In this document: positions 1 to 9,493 of the stretch, piece after piece
Layout: each line of letters begins with the position of its first letter
Numbering within the stretch: the stretch's first letter is position 1
Origin: Candidatus Poribacteria bacterium
Lineage (GTDB): Bacteria; Poribacteria; WGA-4E; WGA-3G
Direction of reading: 5' to 3'
Length of the DNA: 64,000 bases
Assembly (NCBI GenBank): GCA_965215265.1
Contig: OZ244048.1
Coordinates: 2,784,001-2,848,000, forward strand
Position numbers and translations under genes: made by a program
Notes under the pieces: generated by a model
Told to the model about the DNA's origin: nothing
The model's database searches: none
The model's input: only the letters and a program-made list of their open reading frames with translations

Positions 1-1083
1 CGTGTCAATTCTAATCGAGAGTTTTTTAAATATCCGGTAGATCAGGCAATCAGGCAGATGGCACTCGCCTATTTTGAGTTGAACGAATTTGAAGTTGAAC
101 TGAACGAATTTGAAAAGGCTGCAAACGCAGCGAAGAAGGCTGTCAGGCTTGATAGTAACTATCAGCCCGTGTTCAGATTCCTTGAGAATCTAAAACAGGA
201 GCATTACGACCGGGGACTTGCCTCGCTTGCGGGCGAGGAGTACGCACAGGCAATTCTGGAGCTTACACCCACAATAAAAATAGACCCTAAGTTTATAGAA
301 GCAATCCATGCACTTGGACTCGCTTACTTGGGAACACAGAATTTTGACGAAGCGAAAAACGCTGCTCAAGAAGCATTAAAGATCGATTCTAATTATCAAC
401 CAGCAAAAGCACTTTTGGATGCTATAAACCCAGCGAAAAAAAGCAAGGTAGCCAGACAAACTCCACACGAGGCTGTTACTCAGAGCAATCTGAAGCGACC
501 TCCCCGGCCTCCAGCAACTTCCCTAAATCCAGAGGTAACACTCACATCATCGGAACCCGCTCATCAACTCTTAGATGATATCTCTGCACAAGATGCAAAA
601 GTCGGAAAGCGGACATTGTGGCTAAAAATTGGATTAGTTACCGTCGTATTGGCAGGAGTTATCGCGAGTTTCGGAATATATAGGATCCTAAATTTTTTAA
701 TGCCTACACCGCCTGAATTATCCATAACTCAAATCGTTTTTCACGAGCCATCTGGTAACAAATTCCTCGATGGGGGTGAAAAAGGGTCTATTAAAGCTAA
801 AATTGAAAACATGGGAGGGCGTGCAACGGACTTTCGTCTGGAACTTACGCCCTCTTCACACCGTAATTTACGCTATAACCCCATCACCACAATGCAAGAA
901 TTAGATGCAAATAGCGAAAGAATTATCACAATTCCTATTTCAGCCAATCGGAACGTTCAGGCACAGGCCGTTCGTCTGAAAATCCAATTGGTTGACAAAA
1001 ACGGGAATCAACTTACTGTAAAAAAAACACTCTCTTTTAAGGCGCTCCCTAATAATGTACCGGGTCCTTTTCTGTCACCGTGA
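1..1083 (+). CDS. 5'-truncated T5orf172/GIY-YIG-domain + TPR + single TM + Ig/CARDB-like protein
   Basis: Frame 1 is open from base 1 and reads RVNSNREFFKYPVDQAIRQM into the ORF called at 58; this matches the end of the T5orf172 domain of 3344..5530. It is followed by TPR repeats (ALGLAYLG...AQEALKIDSNY), a TM helix (IGLVTVVLAGVIASFGIY) and a beta-rich C-terminal domain. Confidence 0.75.
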   Translation, partial: RVNSNREFFKYPVDQAIRQMALAYFELNEFEVELNEFEKAANAAKKAVRLDSNYQPVFRFLENLKQEHYDRGLASLAGEEYAQAILELTPTIKIDPKFIEAIHALGLAYLGTQNFDEAKNAAQEALKIDSNYQPAKALLDAINPAKKSKVARQTPHEAVTQSNLKRPPRPPATSLNPEVTLTSSEPAHQLLDDISAQDAKVGKRTLWLKIGLVTVVLAGVIASFGIYRILNFLMPTPPELSITQIVFHEPSGNKFLDGGEKGSIKAKIENMGGRATDFRLELTPSSHRNLRYNPITTMQELDANSERIITIPISANRNVQAQAVRLKIQLVDKNGNQLTVKKTLSFKALPNNVPGPFLSP

Positions 1084-1187
1084 TAGCACAACACCTCGCG
1101 CGCTACATAATCTGATTCCGTGACAAAGTGGTTCCATGCCAAAAAAAAGTCGGGGTGCAGCAGGAACCGCACCCCGATACACGCCTC

Positions 1188-1883
1188 TTAATGTTTTTCC
1201 GGCTGTTCTGACGTTTTTCTCTGTGTCGCCTCGACTGCCCGAAGTTCTTCGACGATCTTGTCATTGGCGGGATCTGGGAACAGAGTCGCAACGGCCTCGA
1301 CATACTCAAGTGCCGTCTCCAAAGAGACTGAGCTTCTCTGCATGCGTCTGCCTGTGTCCATAAAGATATGGACTTCTCGAATATCACCAAAACGCTTTAT
1401 CAGGTCTTGGCGTCTGTACTCATGGAGCTCATCCGCTGAAAGCGAACGCCAATCTTGACGGGAGGCGGAACAATTCTCACAAAGTTTTTCAAACGCTGGG
1501 GACGGTTCCGCATCCCCATCGCTCGCCGATGCTTTGATCTCGACTTCATCGTCACGAGGAATCTCATCAATGCCTGTCGATTCGGCGGCTGTCTGTGGTA
1601 AAACAAGCGAATCCTCAGTGAGCATCTCCTGGAGATCCTCGGTCGCAGCAGGTGTTTGCAAGGCACCTGGCGAAACGGATGGAACAACGTCCGCATCGGT
1701 ATCTGTCGGTGCCGGTGTCGGTTCTTCAGCGGTGTTAGTGGCATCGGCGATCTCAACCGATTCCTGCTGAGGTGGAACCTCCGGGAGGCTCATCAGAAAA
1801 CGTTGTGTATCATACTTGAGGGCGGACATCCACGCCAAGACCAGCAACGTCACAGCGAGGATTGGAAAAAAAATTCTCTTCAT
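1188..1883 (-). CDS. hypothetical N-terminally membrane-anchored protein with acidic Pro/Thr linker
   Basis: AAGGAG RBS before ATG at 1883 (MKRIFFPILAVTLLVLAWMSAL); acidic low-complexity linker; helical C-terminus. Confidence 0.7.
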   Translation of the reverse strand: MKRIFFPILAVTLLVLAWMSALKYDTQRFLMSLPEVPPQQESVEIADATNTAEEPTPAPTDTDADVVPSVSPGALQTPAATEDLQEMLTEDSLVLPQTAAESTGIDEIPRDDEVEIKASASDGDAEPSPAFEKLCENCSASRQDWRSLSADELHEYRRQDLIKRFGDIREVHIFMDTGRRMQRSSVSLETALEYVEAVATLFPDPANDKIVEELRAVEATQRKTSEQPEKH

Positions 1884-2689
1884 TTGTCTTCTCCTTATTT
1901 CCGGTACATACAAACGATATTGATATCCGACGCAGCGACCTGCGTCAACATCAATCCTGACTCGTTAAAAGTGAAGTGCATTCACAAGCTATAAATTGGC
2001 ACGTCACGTTCACTCTTTAACTTTCAAAGAACACTTTCTACCTTTTTTGCAAAAGGTTATTTTAATTACACCCGCTGAAAAGGGTAAAGTTGCAGAAAAA
2101 AAATCGAAATTTTTAAGAAAAAAGTGCTTTTTCTGGCAAATGTTTCACTTTTTTTGAAAAAAAATGTGTATATGAGGCGGCCTTTTGGGATGTGCGTGCA
2201 TTTTGCACGCGTTTTGCACGACAAATTCGCGCGTTTTCAGATGCATGCGTCACCATCTGCATCGCGGATTGAGTGTCTTTTTATTAAATTCTGAGAAGAA
2301 GTGGGGCTGCGTCTTTTACGCTTTCTATTTTAGGCGGGTGTTGTGCTGTGGTTCTTGAATAAAAAAGCGACTTGCATAATTTTCACCCCTCTGATACACT
2401 CTTTAAACCAGTATTGGGTGGCATTGCTACAAGACTGCCCCCAACGCCGTTCTCTGCCACTCTACCACTTTAGCAATCGGATAAAACTGACTGGTGATTG
2501 GAAAATCCAAACAGGTACCTTAACCAGTCCTGATGCACGCAACGAAAAATTCAAAATGGAACTAAAAGCAGAAGATAATTCTGTTATGAAAAAGGTACTC
2601 GAAAAAATGAGTCCACGTATATTTAAATATATATATCGTTTATTTATTTCAAATTAGGAATCGCCTTAAAATAGGCTGATAAATACCGA

Positions 2690-2718
2690 TTGACACACAA
2701 GCATAAATATGATTTAAT
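2690..2718 (+). promoter_or_regulatory. sigma70-type promoter
   Basis: TTGACA-17 nt-TTTAAT just upstream of the AAAGGAGA RBS and ATG at 2741. Confidence 0.55.
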
Positions 2719-2740
2719 ATCTCCAAAAGGAGACACACCT

Positions 2741-3199
2741 ATGAAAACCATACTCGCCCTCTCAATACTCTTTTCTGCAATCGCTCTACCGGCTCTTGGT
2801 GAGTTGACAGACGCGGATCTCAACCAGATACGCTTGATTGTTCAAGAAGAGATCACGCCTATAAAAGCCGACATCGTCACGCTAAAAGTCGACATCGTCA
2901 CGTTAAAAGCCGACATCGTCACGCTAAAAACAGATATGGCAGTCGTAAAAACAGAAGTTGCAAATCTAAAAGGAACAGTCAATAATGACTTTAACACCAT
3001 TCAAAAGAATTTTGACAGACAAAATAACATCATCATTGCCTGCATTGGTATCCCTTTGGCAATTCTCGCCATCGGCGCAACGGTATTGAGCATATTAGCA
3101 AACAAGCGCATCAGAAAAGCCCAGGCACTCGAAAAGCAGATTGAAACCCTCACGCAGGAAATTGAGACGCTGAAGCAACAGCGGATCGTAAACCCCTAA
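2741..3199 (+). CDS. signal peptide + heptad coiled-coil + TM protein
   Basis: RBS-supported start MKTILALSILFSAIALPALG; K(A/V)DIVTL heptads; TM IIIACIGIPLAILAIGATVLSIL; C-terminal coiled coil. Confidence 0.75.
   Translation: MKTILALSILFSAIALPALGELTDADLNQIRLIVQEEITPIKADIVTLKVDIVTLKADIVTLKTDMAVVKTEVANLKGTVNNDFNTIQKNFDRQNNIIIACIGIPLAILAIGATVLSILANKRIRKAQALEKQIETLTQEIETLKQQRIVNP
2863..2925 (+). repeat. 3 x 21-bp in-frame tandem repeat
   Basis: AAAAG(C/T)CGACATCGTCACG(C/T)T three times, followed by two degenerate copies to about 2967. Confidence 0.9.
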
Positions 3200-3343
3200 C
3201 GAACCTCAGACGGTGACAATTTTTTTTCTGAAATGGTATCAGATGCAGTGGGCACAAAGGGGCCTTGTGCACTTTGATAGCAAAGGCTATCTCCTTACCC
3301 TTGACGCTTGCAAGTAGAATATTGAGATGTTTGAGGACTTGTT

Positions 3344-5530
3344 ATGGGTTATGTCTACATTTTGGAAAATGATTTAATGCCGGGGCTGATAAAAATTGGC
3401 CACACATCCAAAACGCCAGAGGAACGAGTTAAGGAACTTTCAGCCCCAACAGGCGTGCCAACTCCATTTAAGGTTGCTTTTAAGTTACCGTCCGAGAAAT
3501 ATAAAGAGCTTGAAAAGGAGATGCACCGCAAACTTTCTGACTACCGTGTGAATTCTAATCGAGAATTTTTTGAGTATCCGGTGGATGAGGCAATCAGATT
3601 GCTAAAAAAACTTGGCACTGCAAAACAAAACCAAATTGAACAGGAAATTGTTAAGGGAAAAAAGAAGTTTATCGTTAATATTCTAGATTCATTCAAGAGC
3701 TTTTTCCGCCAGCCGACTAGTAATTCGCAAGAACCTGATTCTGAGGGCGAAAACGAATCTGAATCTGATACGGAAACTGAGTATAGTGAGAGGTCTATTA
3801 TGCCTCCTCCATCTACTCTCTATACAAGAGGATACCAACCTTTGCAAAACGATAAGAAAATAGATTTCGATCCAAGTTTGAATGGTAAGCCTTACTATAG
3901 CGAACAAAACGGTTTTTATTGGGCAGCGAACCACCATGGAATCGCTGAGTGTATCCCGCCACATATTAAGCGCATCATCCATAACGAGGAGTTAGAGATT
4001 GCCTCTACCCGTGAACAACTTGAAGAAGAAATCAACCAAGTGCTTGAACGGCAAGAAGAACTCGAAGTGCAGAAGCACGAATGCGAACAAGAAATTCGGC
4101 ATCGGGCCCAGCAACTTGCCGAAAAGAGAGAAGAATTAGCTGGACTAAAAATCCGAGTACAAGCCCTAATAGAAACTAAACCAACTCCCTCTCCTGTTGA
4201 AGAAATACCTGGCGATTCCGCTAAACAGCCGGTTGAAACAGAAATTGACAAGTTACGACATGGTAAAGATAAATTAGAGGCGGAAATTAGTCGGAAGAAC
4301 CAAGAATTAACGAGCAAGAAAGAAGAATTGGCCGGGCTTGAAGTCCAATTGGAAGCACCTACGGAGATTGAATTAAATTCATCTTCTGCTGAAGTTACGT
4401 CTCAGGATGCTACATCTGCCAAATATAGGTTCTCACGGATTAACTTTATAGCCGCGATAATCGCTACTATTCTCTTCGTTTTTCTTGCGTGTTATCTCTT
4501 CGTATTCTACGCCTCCGCTGTCGATAAAGCCTTCTTTCTAAACAAGGAGCAAATCGGAGCACAATTATTTCAAGGGCAAGGTATTGATGCTTCAGTCAAT
4601 AATATTGTTAACCCAAGTGCATTAACCAAAGCTTTCCAAGGTGAATGGAATCTAATCGTTTTGATGTTTCCATTTGTCTTCTTAGCTTTTGCAATTGCTC
4701 TTGAGTATTTCTTGGAAGACAGAAAATGGGGCTGGGTAATTTGCTTGGCGTCCTTTACATTCATCTTTGATGCTATACTTGCAATTCAGATTTCACGAAA
4801 GATACATGAAGCTAACAGTATCAGGATTTTCATGGAGAATCTCATCAACCCGGAGACCCAGCAGCAGCAGACCGAGCAGCAGACCTTTAGAATAGTCGAT
4901 CTTGACATGTGGACAGTTATTTTTTGTGGATTTGTGGTTTCAATGTTAGTAAGCATTATATATTACGTGATGAAAAAACGCTGGGAAAAGGTGTCACTTA
5001 TTCCGGAAAAGTCTAAAGCATCGGAAATACGTGAGTCACAGATAAAAAATGAAAGAACGCAACGCGAGGCACGAATCGCTATATTGAAAACTCAAATCAA
5101 TAACTTGCAAAATGAAGTAGATCAGCTCAATGAAAAAATTAAAAGTGCTCAACAAGAAATTAACGAGCGTTCAAGAAAACAACTGGAGGCTCCGATTCAA
5201 ACGCGAATCGCTGTATTGAAAACCGAAATGAAAAATTTACAAAACGAACTGAACTCATTCAATGAGAGTGCCGCAATTATTCAACAAAGAATTGATGCCA
5301 ATCAAGCAAAAATTGAGGAACTTTCGAAGCAACTAAGTAGGCGGGTGGTTAATCGCAATAAAATGGAGTCGCAGGTTAACTCATTCTTAAATGGATGGTG
5401 CCGCTTTATTGTTCATAACTCGGACGGAACACCTGACGTGTCTGTCCAAATCGAAAGAATTAAGGAAACCGCAGCAGATACAATTAACGAATACTATTCA
5501 GGTGCCCCCGATTATTCCTCTCAATCTTAA
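3344..5530 (+). CDS. T5orf172 (GIY-YIG-like) domain + coiled coil + 4 TM + coiled-coil protein
   Basis: N-terminal GYVYIL...LIKIGHT...EERVKELS..TGVPTPF...LEKEMH...RVNSNREFF; four hydrophobic helices; long coiled coils with internal repeats (KREELAGL/KKEELAGL; RIAILKT/RIAVLKT). Confidence 0.8.
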   Translation: MGYVYILENDLMPGLIKIGHTSKTPEERVKELSAPTGVPTPFKVAFKLPSEKYKELEKEMHRKLSDYRVNSNREFFEYPVDEAIRLLKKLGTAKQNQIEQEIVKGKKKFIVNILDSFKSFFRQPTSNSQEPDSEGENESESDTETEYSERSIMPPPSTLYTRGYQPLQNDKKIDFDPSLNGKPYYSEQNGFYWAANHHGIAECIPPHIKRIIHNEELEIASTREQLEEEINQVLERQEELEVQKHECEQEIRHRAQQLAEKREELAGLKIRVQALIETKPTPSPVEEIPGDSAKQPVETEIDKLRHGKDKLEAEISRKNQELTSKKEELAGLEVQLEAPTEIELNSSSAEVTSQDATSAKYRFSRINFIAAIIATILFVFLACYLFVFYASAVDKAFFLNKEQIGAQLFQGQGIDASVNNIVNPSALTKAFQGEWNLIVLMFPFVFLAFAIALEYFLEDRKWGWVICLASFTFIFDAILAIQISRKIHEANSIRIFMENLINPETQQQQTEQQTFRIVDLDMWTVIFCGFVVSMLVSIIYYVMKKRWEKVSLIPEKSKASEIRESQIKNERTQREARIAILKTQINNLQNEVDQLNEKIKSAQQEINERSRKQLEAPIQTRIAVLKTEMKNLQNELNSFNESAAIIQQRIDANQAKIEELSKQLSRRVVNRNKMESQVNSFLNGWCRFIVHNSDGTPDVSVQIERIKETAADTINEYYSGAPDYSSQS

Positions 5531-5581
5531 TACGTTGTCACGATTCAGATATGCCTTGTGTTCTCTATAAAGGAGCCGTAT

Positions 5582-6517
5582 ATGGATAAAAAAATTGAGG
5601 TTTTAACCTTATTCACTGTTTTGCTTTTGGGGCTAATTGCTGGATGCAGTGGGTGCAGAAGTGAAAAATCAGATGCCAAGAATTTTTCATCAAAACCAGC
5701 CCACCCTAAGCCAGTAAATATTATTGTTATCATTGACACCTCCGACCGGATTTCTAAGGAAAAACAACCCGGCCAAGCTGAAAAGGACATTGAAATTACG
5801 AAGGAGATCGTTAAGATTTTCGAGGAAAAATTTGTACGCCCAAATTTCTATATTTCTAAAGACACGCTCGCTTTCGTTGTCCCCGATCAACCCGGTGCTC
5901 CTCCAATTCCACAAAGTACTGTGAATGACCTAAAAATCTGGCTTTCGCCTACAGATCAAGCAAGACTGGGTGGCGCACCAAAAGTTCAGGAAATGAAAAG
6001 AGCGCTGCTTCGAGCACAGAAAATGAAAAGAACGCTGCTTCAAGCAATTGATCAATTGTACGAATTTATCAACAAGCAAAATCAATTCCCCGGATCGGAT
6101 ATTTGGAGTTGGTTTAAGCATAGCGCCGAAGTTTATTTAAAGCGAGATACTCTTAACTACATTATCTGTCTTTCCGATGGCTATCTTGATTTTAACAACG
6201 ATATTCAAATGAACCGTCCCAAGCGGACTTATATGTCCGACCAACAACTCAAAAAATTTCGCGAGACCGAGAACTGGAAACAGGAATTTCACACTGGTGG
6301 GCACGGTCTGTTGGAAATTGGAAAAGATTTCAGTAAGTACAATGTGAAATTCTTAATGGTTGAAATGAAAAAGCGGGAGATGCTTGAGTTGGAAATTATT
6401 GAAGAATATTGGCGAGTCTGGTTGGAATCCATGGGGATTGTAGAGACTGAATTTTTGTCTTCACAAGGTGCAGCGAAAACTGTTATAAATCATATTAAGG
6501 CGTTTATGTCGCCTTGA
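5582..6517 (+). CDS. vWA-like lipoprotein
   Basis: AAGGAG RBS; lipobox LIAGC; beta-strand plus MIDAS-like IIVIIDTSDR, and a later ICLSDG. Confidence 0.65.
   Translation: MDKKIEVLTLFTVLLLGLIAGCSGCRSEKSDAKNFSSKPAHPKPVNIIVIIDTSDRISKEKQPGQAEKDIEITKEIVKIFEEKFVRPNFYISKDTLAFVVPDQPGAPPIPQSTVNDLKIWLSPTDQARLGGAPKVQEMKRALLRAQKMKRTLLQAIDQLYEFINKQNQFPGSDIWSWFKHSAEVYLKRDTLNYIICLSDGYLDFNNDIQMNRPKRTYMSDQQLKKFRETENWKQEFHTGGHGLLEIGKDFSKYNVKFLMVEMKKREMLELEIIEEYWRVWLESMGIVETEFLSSQGAAKTVINHIKAFMSP
5987..6046 (+). repeat. 30-bp in-frame tandem duplication
   Basis: CAGGAAATGAAAAGAGCGCTGCTTCGAGCA / CAGAAAATGAAAAGAACGCTGCTTCAAGCA (QEMKRALLRA/QKMKRTLLQA). Confidence 0.85.
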
Positions 6518-6562
6518 TACTCATTAAGGGTTCCAAATGCTCTATACACCAGCGACATACTT

Positions 6563-7960
6563 ATGGAAACGCCTCTAAAAATCAATTTTGACAAAGGCAC
6601 ACTCATCCTACAGAACGTCCCAGAGAAGTTTCATGCGCAATTGATAGATGTCCGTTGGGATGAACGCACGCTAACGTTCCGCGCGCCTGCCTATCGATAT
6701 AGACAGATTATATCGCAACTGCTGGCACACGATACTCCTTATCAGGACGCAGCACGGCAATTCACAGTAGAACCGTTCAAACTTCAAAAGAGCCTACCGC
6801 CATATCCGTATCAGACGGAGGCGATTGACGCATGGCATGCTAACGGTAAGCGCGGGGTTATCAGTCTACCGACAGGTGCAGGCAAAACGTTCATCGCTAT
6901 TCTACTCATCGTAGATACACAACGCCCGACGCTCGTACATGTGCCGACGCTCGATTTAATGCACCAATGGTACACTGTTCTTACGGAATACTTCGGGCAG
7001 GAGGTGGGGCTCTATGGCGGCGGGTATCACGAATTGAAACCCCTCACTGTGACAACATATCAATCCGCTGTCATGCATGCCCCCTATTACGGGGACCGAT
7101 TCGGCTTTACCATTTTTGACGAGTGCCATCATCTGCCCGGGGAGCAATATCAATATGCCGCAATCAGCAGCATCGCTCCATTTCGTTTAGGTTTGACTGC
7201 CACCCCTGAACGCGTCGATGGAAAAGAGCAGCGACTCTATGCTCTGCTCGGAGAATGTTGCTACGAAGCAAAAATCCAGGAACTTTCTGGAAAGACACTC
7301 TCTCCATATCGCGTGCACACGATTCCGGTTGAGATGGAAGACACCGAACGCGTCCGTTACGAAGAAGCACGCCGTACCTATTTAGGCTTCCTTAAAAAAG
7401 CAGGCATTAATATGGGAACACCACGCGGCTGGAAGCACTTCCTCTGGAAATCGTCTCAAACTCCCGACGGACGCGCAGCCTTCAAGGCGTACCTGACACA
7501 AAAGCAGCTCAGCTTCGCATCTACCACCAAGCAGGAGTGGGTGTGGAAATTGATTCAGCGACACCGCAGTGACAGAATCCTTATCTTTACGCAGGATAAC
7601 AACACAGCGTACGAATTGGGGATGCGTTTCTTTTTGCCCGTACTCACGCACCAGACGAAACTCAAAGAACGCGAATCCTTTTTGAACCACTTTCGCGACG
7701 GTACTTATTCTATCCTTGTTACCTCTAAGGTCTTAAATGAGGGCGTAGATGTGCCCGAGGCGAATGTCGCTATCATCGTTTCAGGGAGTGGAAGTGTCCG
7801 CGAGCACGTTCAACGACTCGGGCGCATCTTGCGGAAGCGCGAAGGGAAACAGGCTGTGCTTTACGAACTCATCTCCAAGCAGACGGGCGAACACTTTGTC
7901 AACAAACGCCGAAGGCAACACCATGCTTACCAAAAACCTGCTCCGATATCGCATCCGTAA
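6563..7960 (+). CDS. XPB/Rad25-like SF2 DNA helicase
   Basis: Motifs LPTGAGKT, DECHH, GLTAT, LNEGVDVP and QRLGRILR; N-terminal WDER..FRAPA damage-recognition-like segment. Confidence 0.9.
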   Translation: METPLKINFDKGTLILQNVPEKFHAQLIDVRWDERTLTFRAPAYRYRQIISQLLAHDTPYQDAARQFTVEPFKLQKSLPPYPYQTEAIDAWHANGKRGVISLPTGAGKTFIAILLIVDTQRPTLVHVPTLDLMHQWYTVLTEYFGQEVGLYGGGYHELKPLTVTTYQSAVMHAPYYGDRFGFTIFDECHHLPGEQYQYAAISSIAPFRLGLTATPERVDGKEQRLYALLGECCYEAKIQELSGKTLSPYRVHTIPVEMEDTERVRYEEARRTYLGFLKKAGINMGTPRGWKHFLWKSSQTPDGRAAFKAYLTQKQLSFASTTKQEWVWKLIQRHRSDRILIFTQDNNTAYELGMRFFLPVLTHQTKLKERESFLNHFRDGTYSILVTSKVLNEGVDVPEANVAIIVSGSGSVREHVQRLGRILRKREGKQAVLYELISKQTGEHFVNKRRRQHHAYQKPAPISHP

Positions 7961-9350
7961 TGGACACATCCATCCGGAATTTGTAGAACCAGAGGATGCC
8001 ACCTTATTAACAGTCGCAGAGCAGCTCATTGAAGTATTTGAAGCTGCACCTGGGCAGCCCCGCAACGCCCTGCTAGAATCCAGTAAGCACGTCCTCGATA
8101 GCACACCCGGGCAAATTATTGTTAAACGTGGACTTGAAAAACTCCTATTAGATCGAACAGAATTTGATACCGCCCCGAACGAAGAGCTCATAGCGTTTCG
8201 CCAAAAACTTTTTAGGCGAGCGAGTCAAATCCTCACGACCCAACCCTTTCCTAATCTGGAAGACTATCAGAGACAACTTACCGCAGCGTTTGACGAACAA
8301 GAACCTCATCCAGGAAACGGCAACACTGTTTCTCGTGAGATGAACGTCCGCGATTCCCTCCAAAACAACGATGTCGTGTACCAGCAGCAAAAAAGACTCT
8401 ACGCGGATCTGCCGAGTTGCCAACCTGCGCTGTCATTCAACACACTCTCTGCCGAACGGCTGCTTCACCGTTACAACTGCGCCCAAGTGCAGGGTCTGCT
8501 TCTCCATTGCAACACACTCACGCTCACGCTTGCCGATTCCATGACAGCCGAGTTACGGCAATTGTTCAAATACCTCAGATTCAACCAGCTCCTCTGCACC
8601 ATTCAAAAAGAGAAAAGGGAAAATGAGGGAAAAGGGACTGAACTATGTGATAAAGAAAAAAACGGGTCGACAAAAACGTCTCTGAGCAGTCATGCTAAGC
8701 AACATTCATGCAAAACAAGTCCAGAAGAACTATATCGGATTCGGGTGGACGGACCGCTGAACCTATTTTACCAAACGAAACGGTACGGCATGAATCTGGC
8801 GAATTTCTTCGTTGCCGTATTGCATCAACCCAAATGGACGCTCATCGCCGATATCCAGTTCCGGAATCAACCAACTTACCGGTTATGCTTAGAGGAATCA
8901 TGCGGCATCAAACCGATTTCACAGCAATTCCTCGCTTACATTCCGGAAGATATCCAACTCTTTCAGGAGATGCTGCGCCATAAAACGGATGCATGGCACA
9001 TCAGCCCCGGAAGCCACTTCCTCGCTTTAGCAGGTGATTTCTACTGCTTCCCAGATTATGAACTGGTTCACAACAGCGGTGTGAAAACCGCAATTGAACT
9101 GTTCCATCCGTGGCATCAAGGGCACCTCATCGCACGCCTCAACACGCTTGATGAAACCGACAACGCCGCATCCGCCGCTCTATCCCGAACAGATGTGCCT
9201 CTCATTCTGGGTGTCTCAAACGAGTTGGCAAAAAGAACGGGCATCGCGGAGGTATTGGAGGCATCTGCGTATTTCTCACAATTCGGTTTTACTTTCAGGA
9301 CGGTGCCGACAATGAGTACGTTGCTTCCGATTCTGAATTCGCTCGTGTAA
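7923..9350 (+). CDS. DUF790 family (Bax1-like) endonuclease
   Basis: Probable start MLTKNLLRY at 7923, overlapping the helicase end. Motifs LYADL, RYN..QVQGLL, DGPLNLF..TKRYG and PD..L...IELF. Confidence 0.85.
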   Translation: MLTKNLLRYRIRNGHIHPEFVEPEDATLLTVAEQLIEVFEAAPGQPRNALLESSKHVLDSTPGQIIVKRGLEKLLLDRTEFDTAPNEELIAFRQKLFRRASQILTTQPFPNLEDYQRQLTAAFDEQEPHPGNGNTVSREMNVRDSLQNNDVVYQQQKRLYADLPSCQPALSFNTLSAERLLHRYNCAQVQGLLLHCNTLTLTLADSMTAELRQLFKYLRFNQLLCTIQKEKRENEGKGTELCDKEKNGSTKTSLSSHAKQHSCKTSPEELYRIRVDGPLNLFYQTKRYGMNLANFFVAVLHQPKWTLIADIQFRNQPTYRLCLEESCGIKPISQQFLAYIPEDIQLFQEMLRHKTDAWHISPGSHFLALAGDFYCFPDYELVHNSGVKTAIELFHPWHQGHLIARLNTLDETDNAASAALSRTDVPLILGVSNELAKRTGIAEVLEASAYFSQFGFTFRTVPTMSTLLPILNSLV

Positions 9351-9493
9351 AGTGGTGCGAAAAACTTGAAGATTCATAATTTTTGTGATATTCTTAAAAA
9401 AAAGAGGTATACCGTTTACGTGAAAAAAGCAGCGGAACCTTGATTTCAATCCTATCTTCTGCTACAATATAGCGGAGCAACGGAGGGAACCTT

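Noticed and set aside
2343-2657. 104-aa ORF in AT-rich intergenic DNA
   Set aside because: GTG start without a clear RBS and no recognisable motif; possibly a remnant.
2863-2967. Possible CRISPR array
   Set aside because: The repeats are contiguous without spacers, lie in frame in a CDS, and no cas genes are present.
7749-7922. N-terminal extension of the DUF790 ORF
   Set aside because: It overlaps the helicase; the family-like start is MLTKNLL at 7923.
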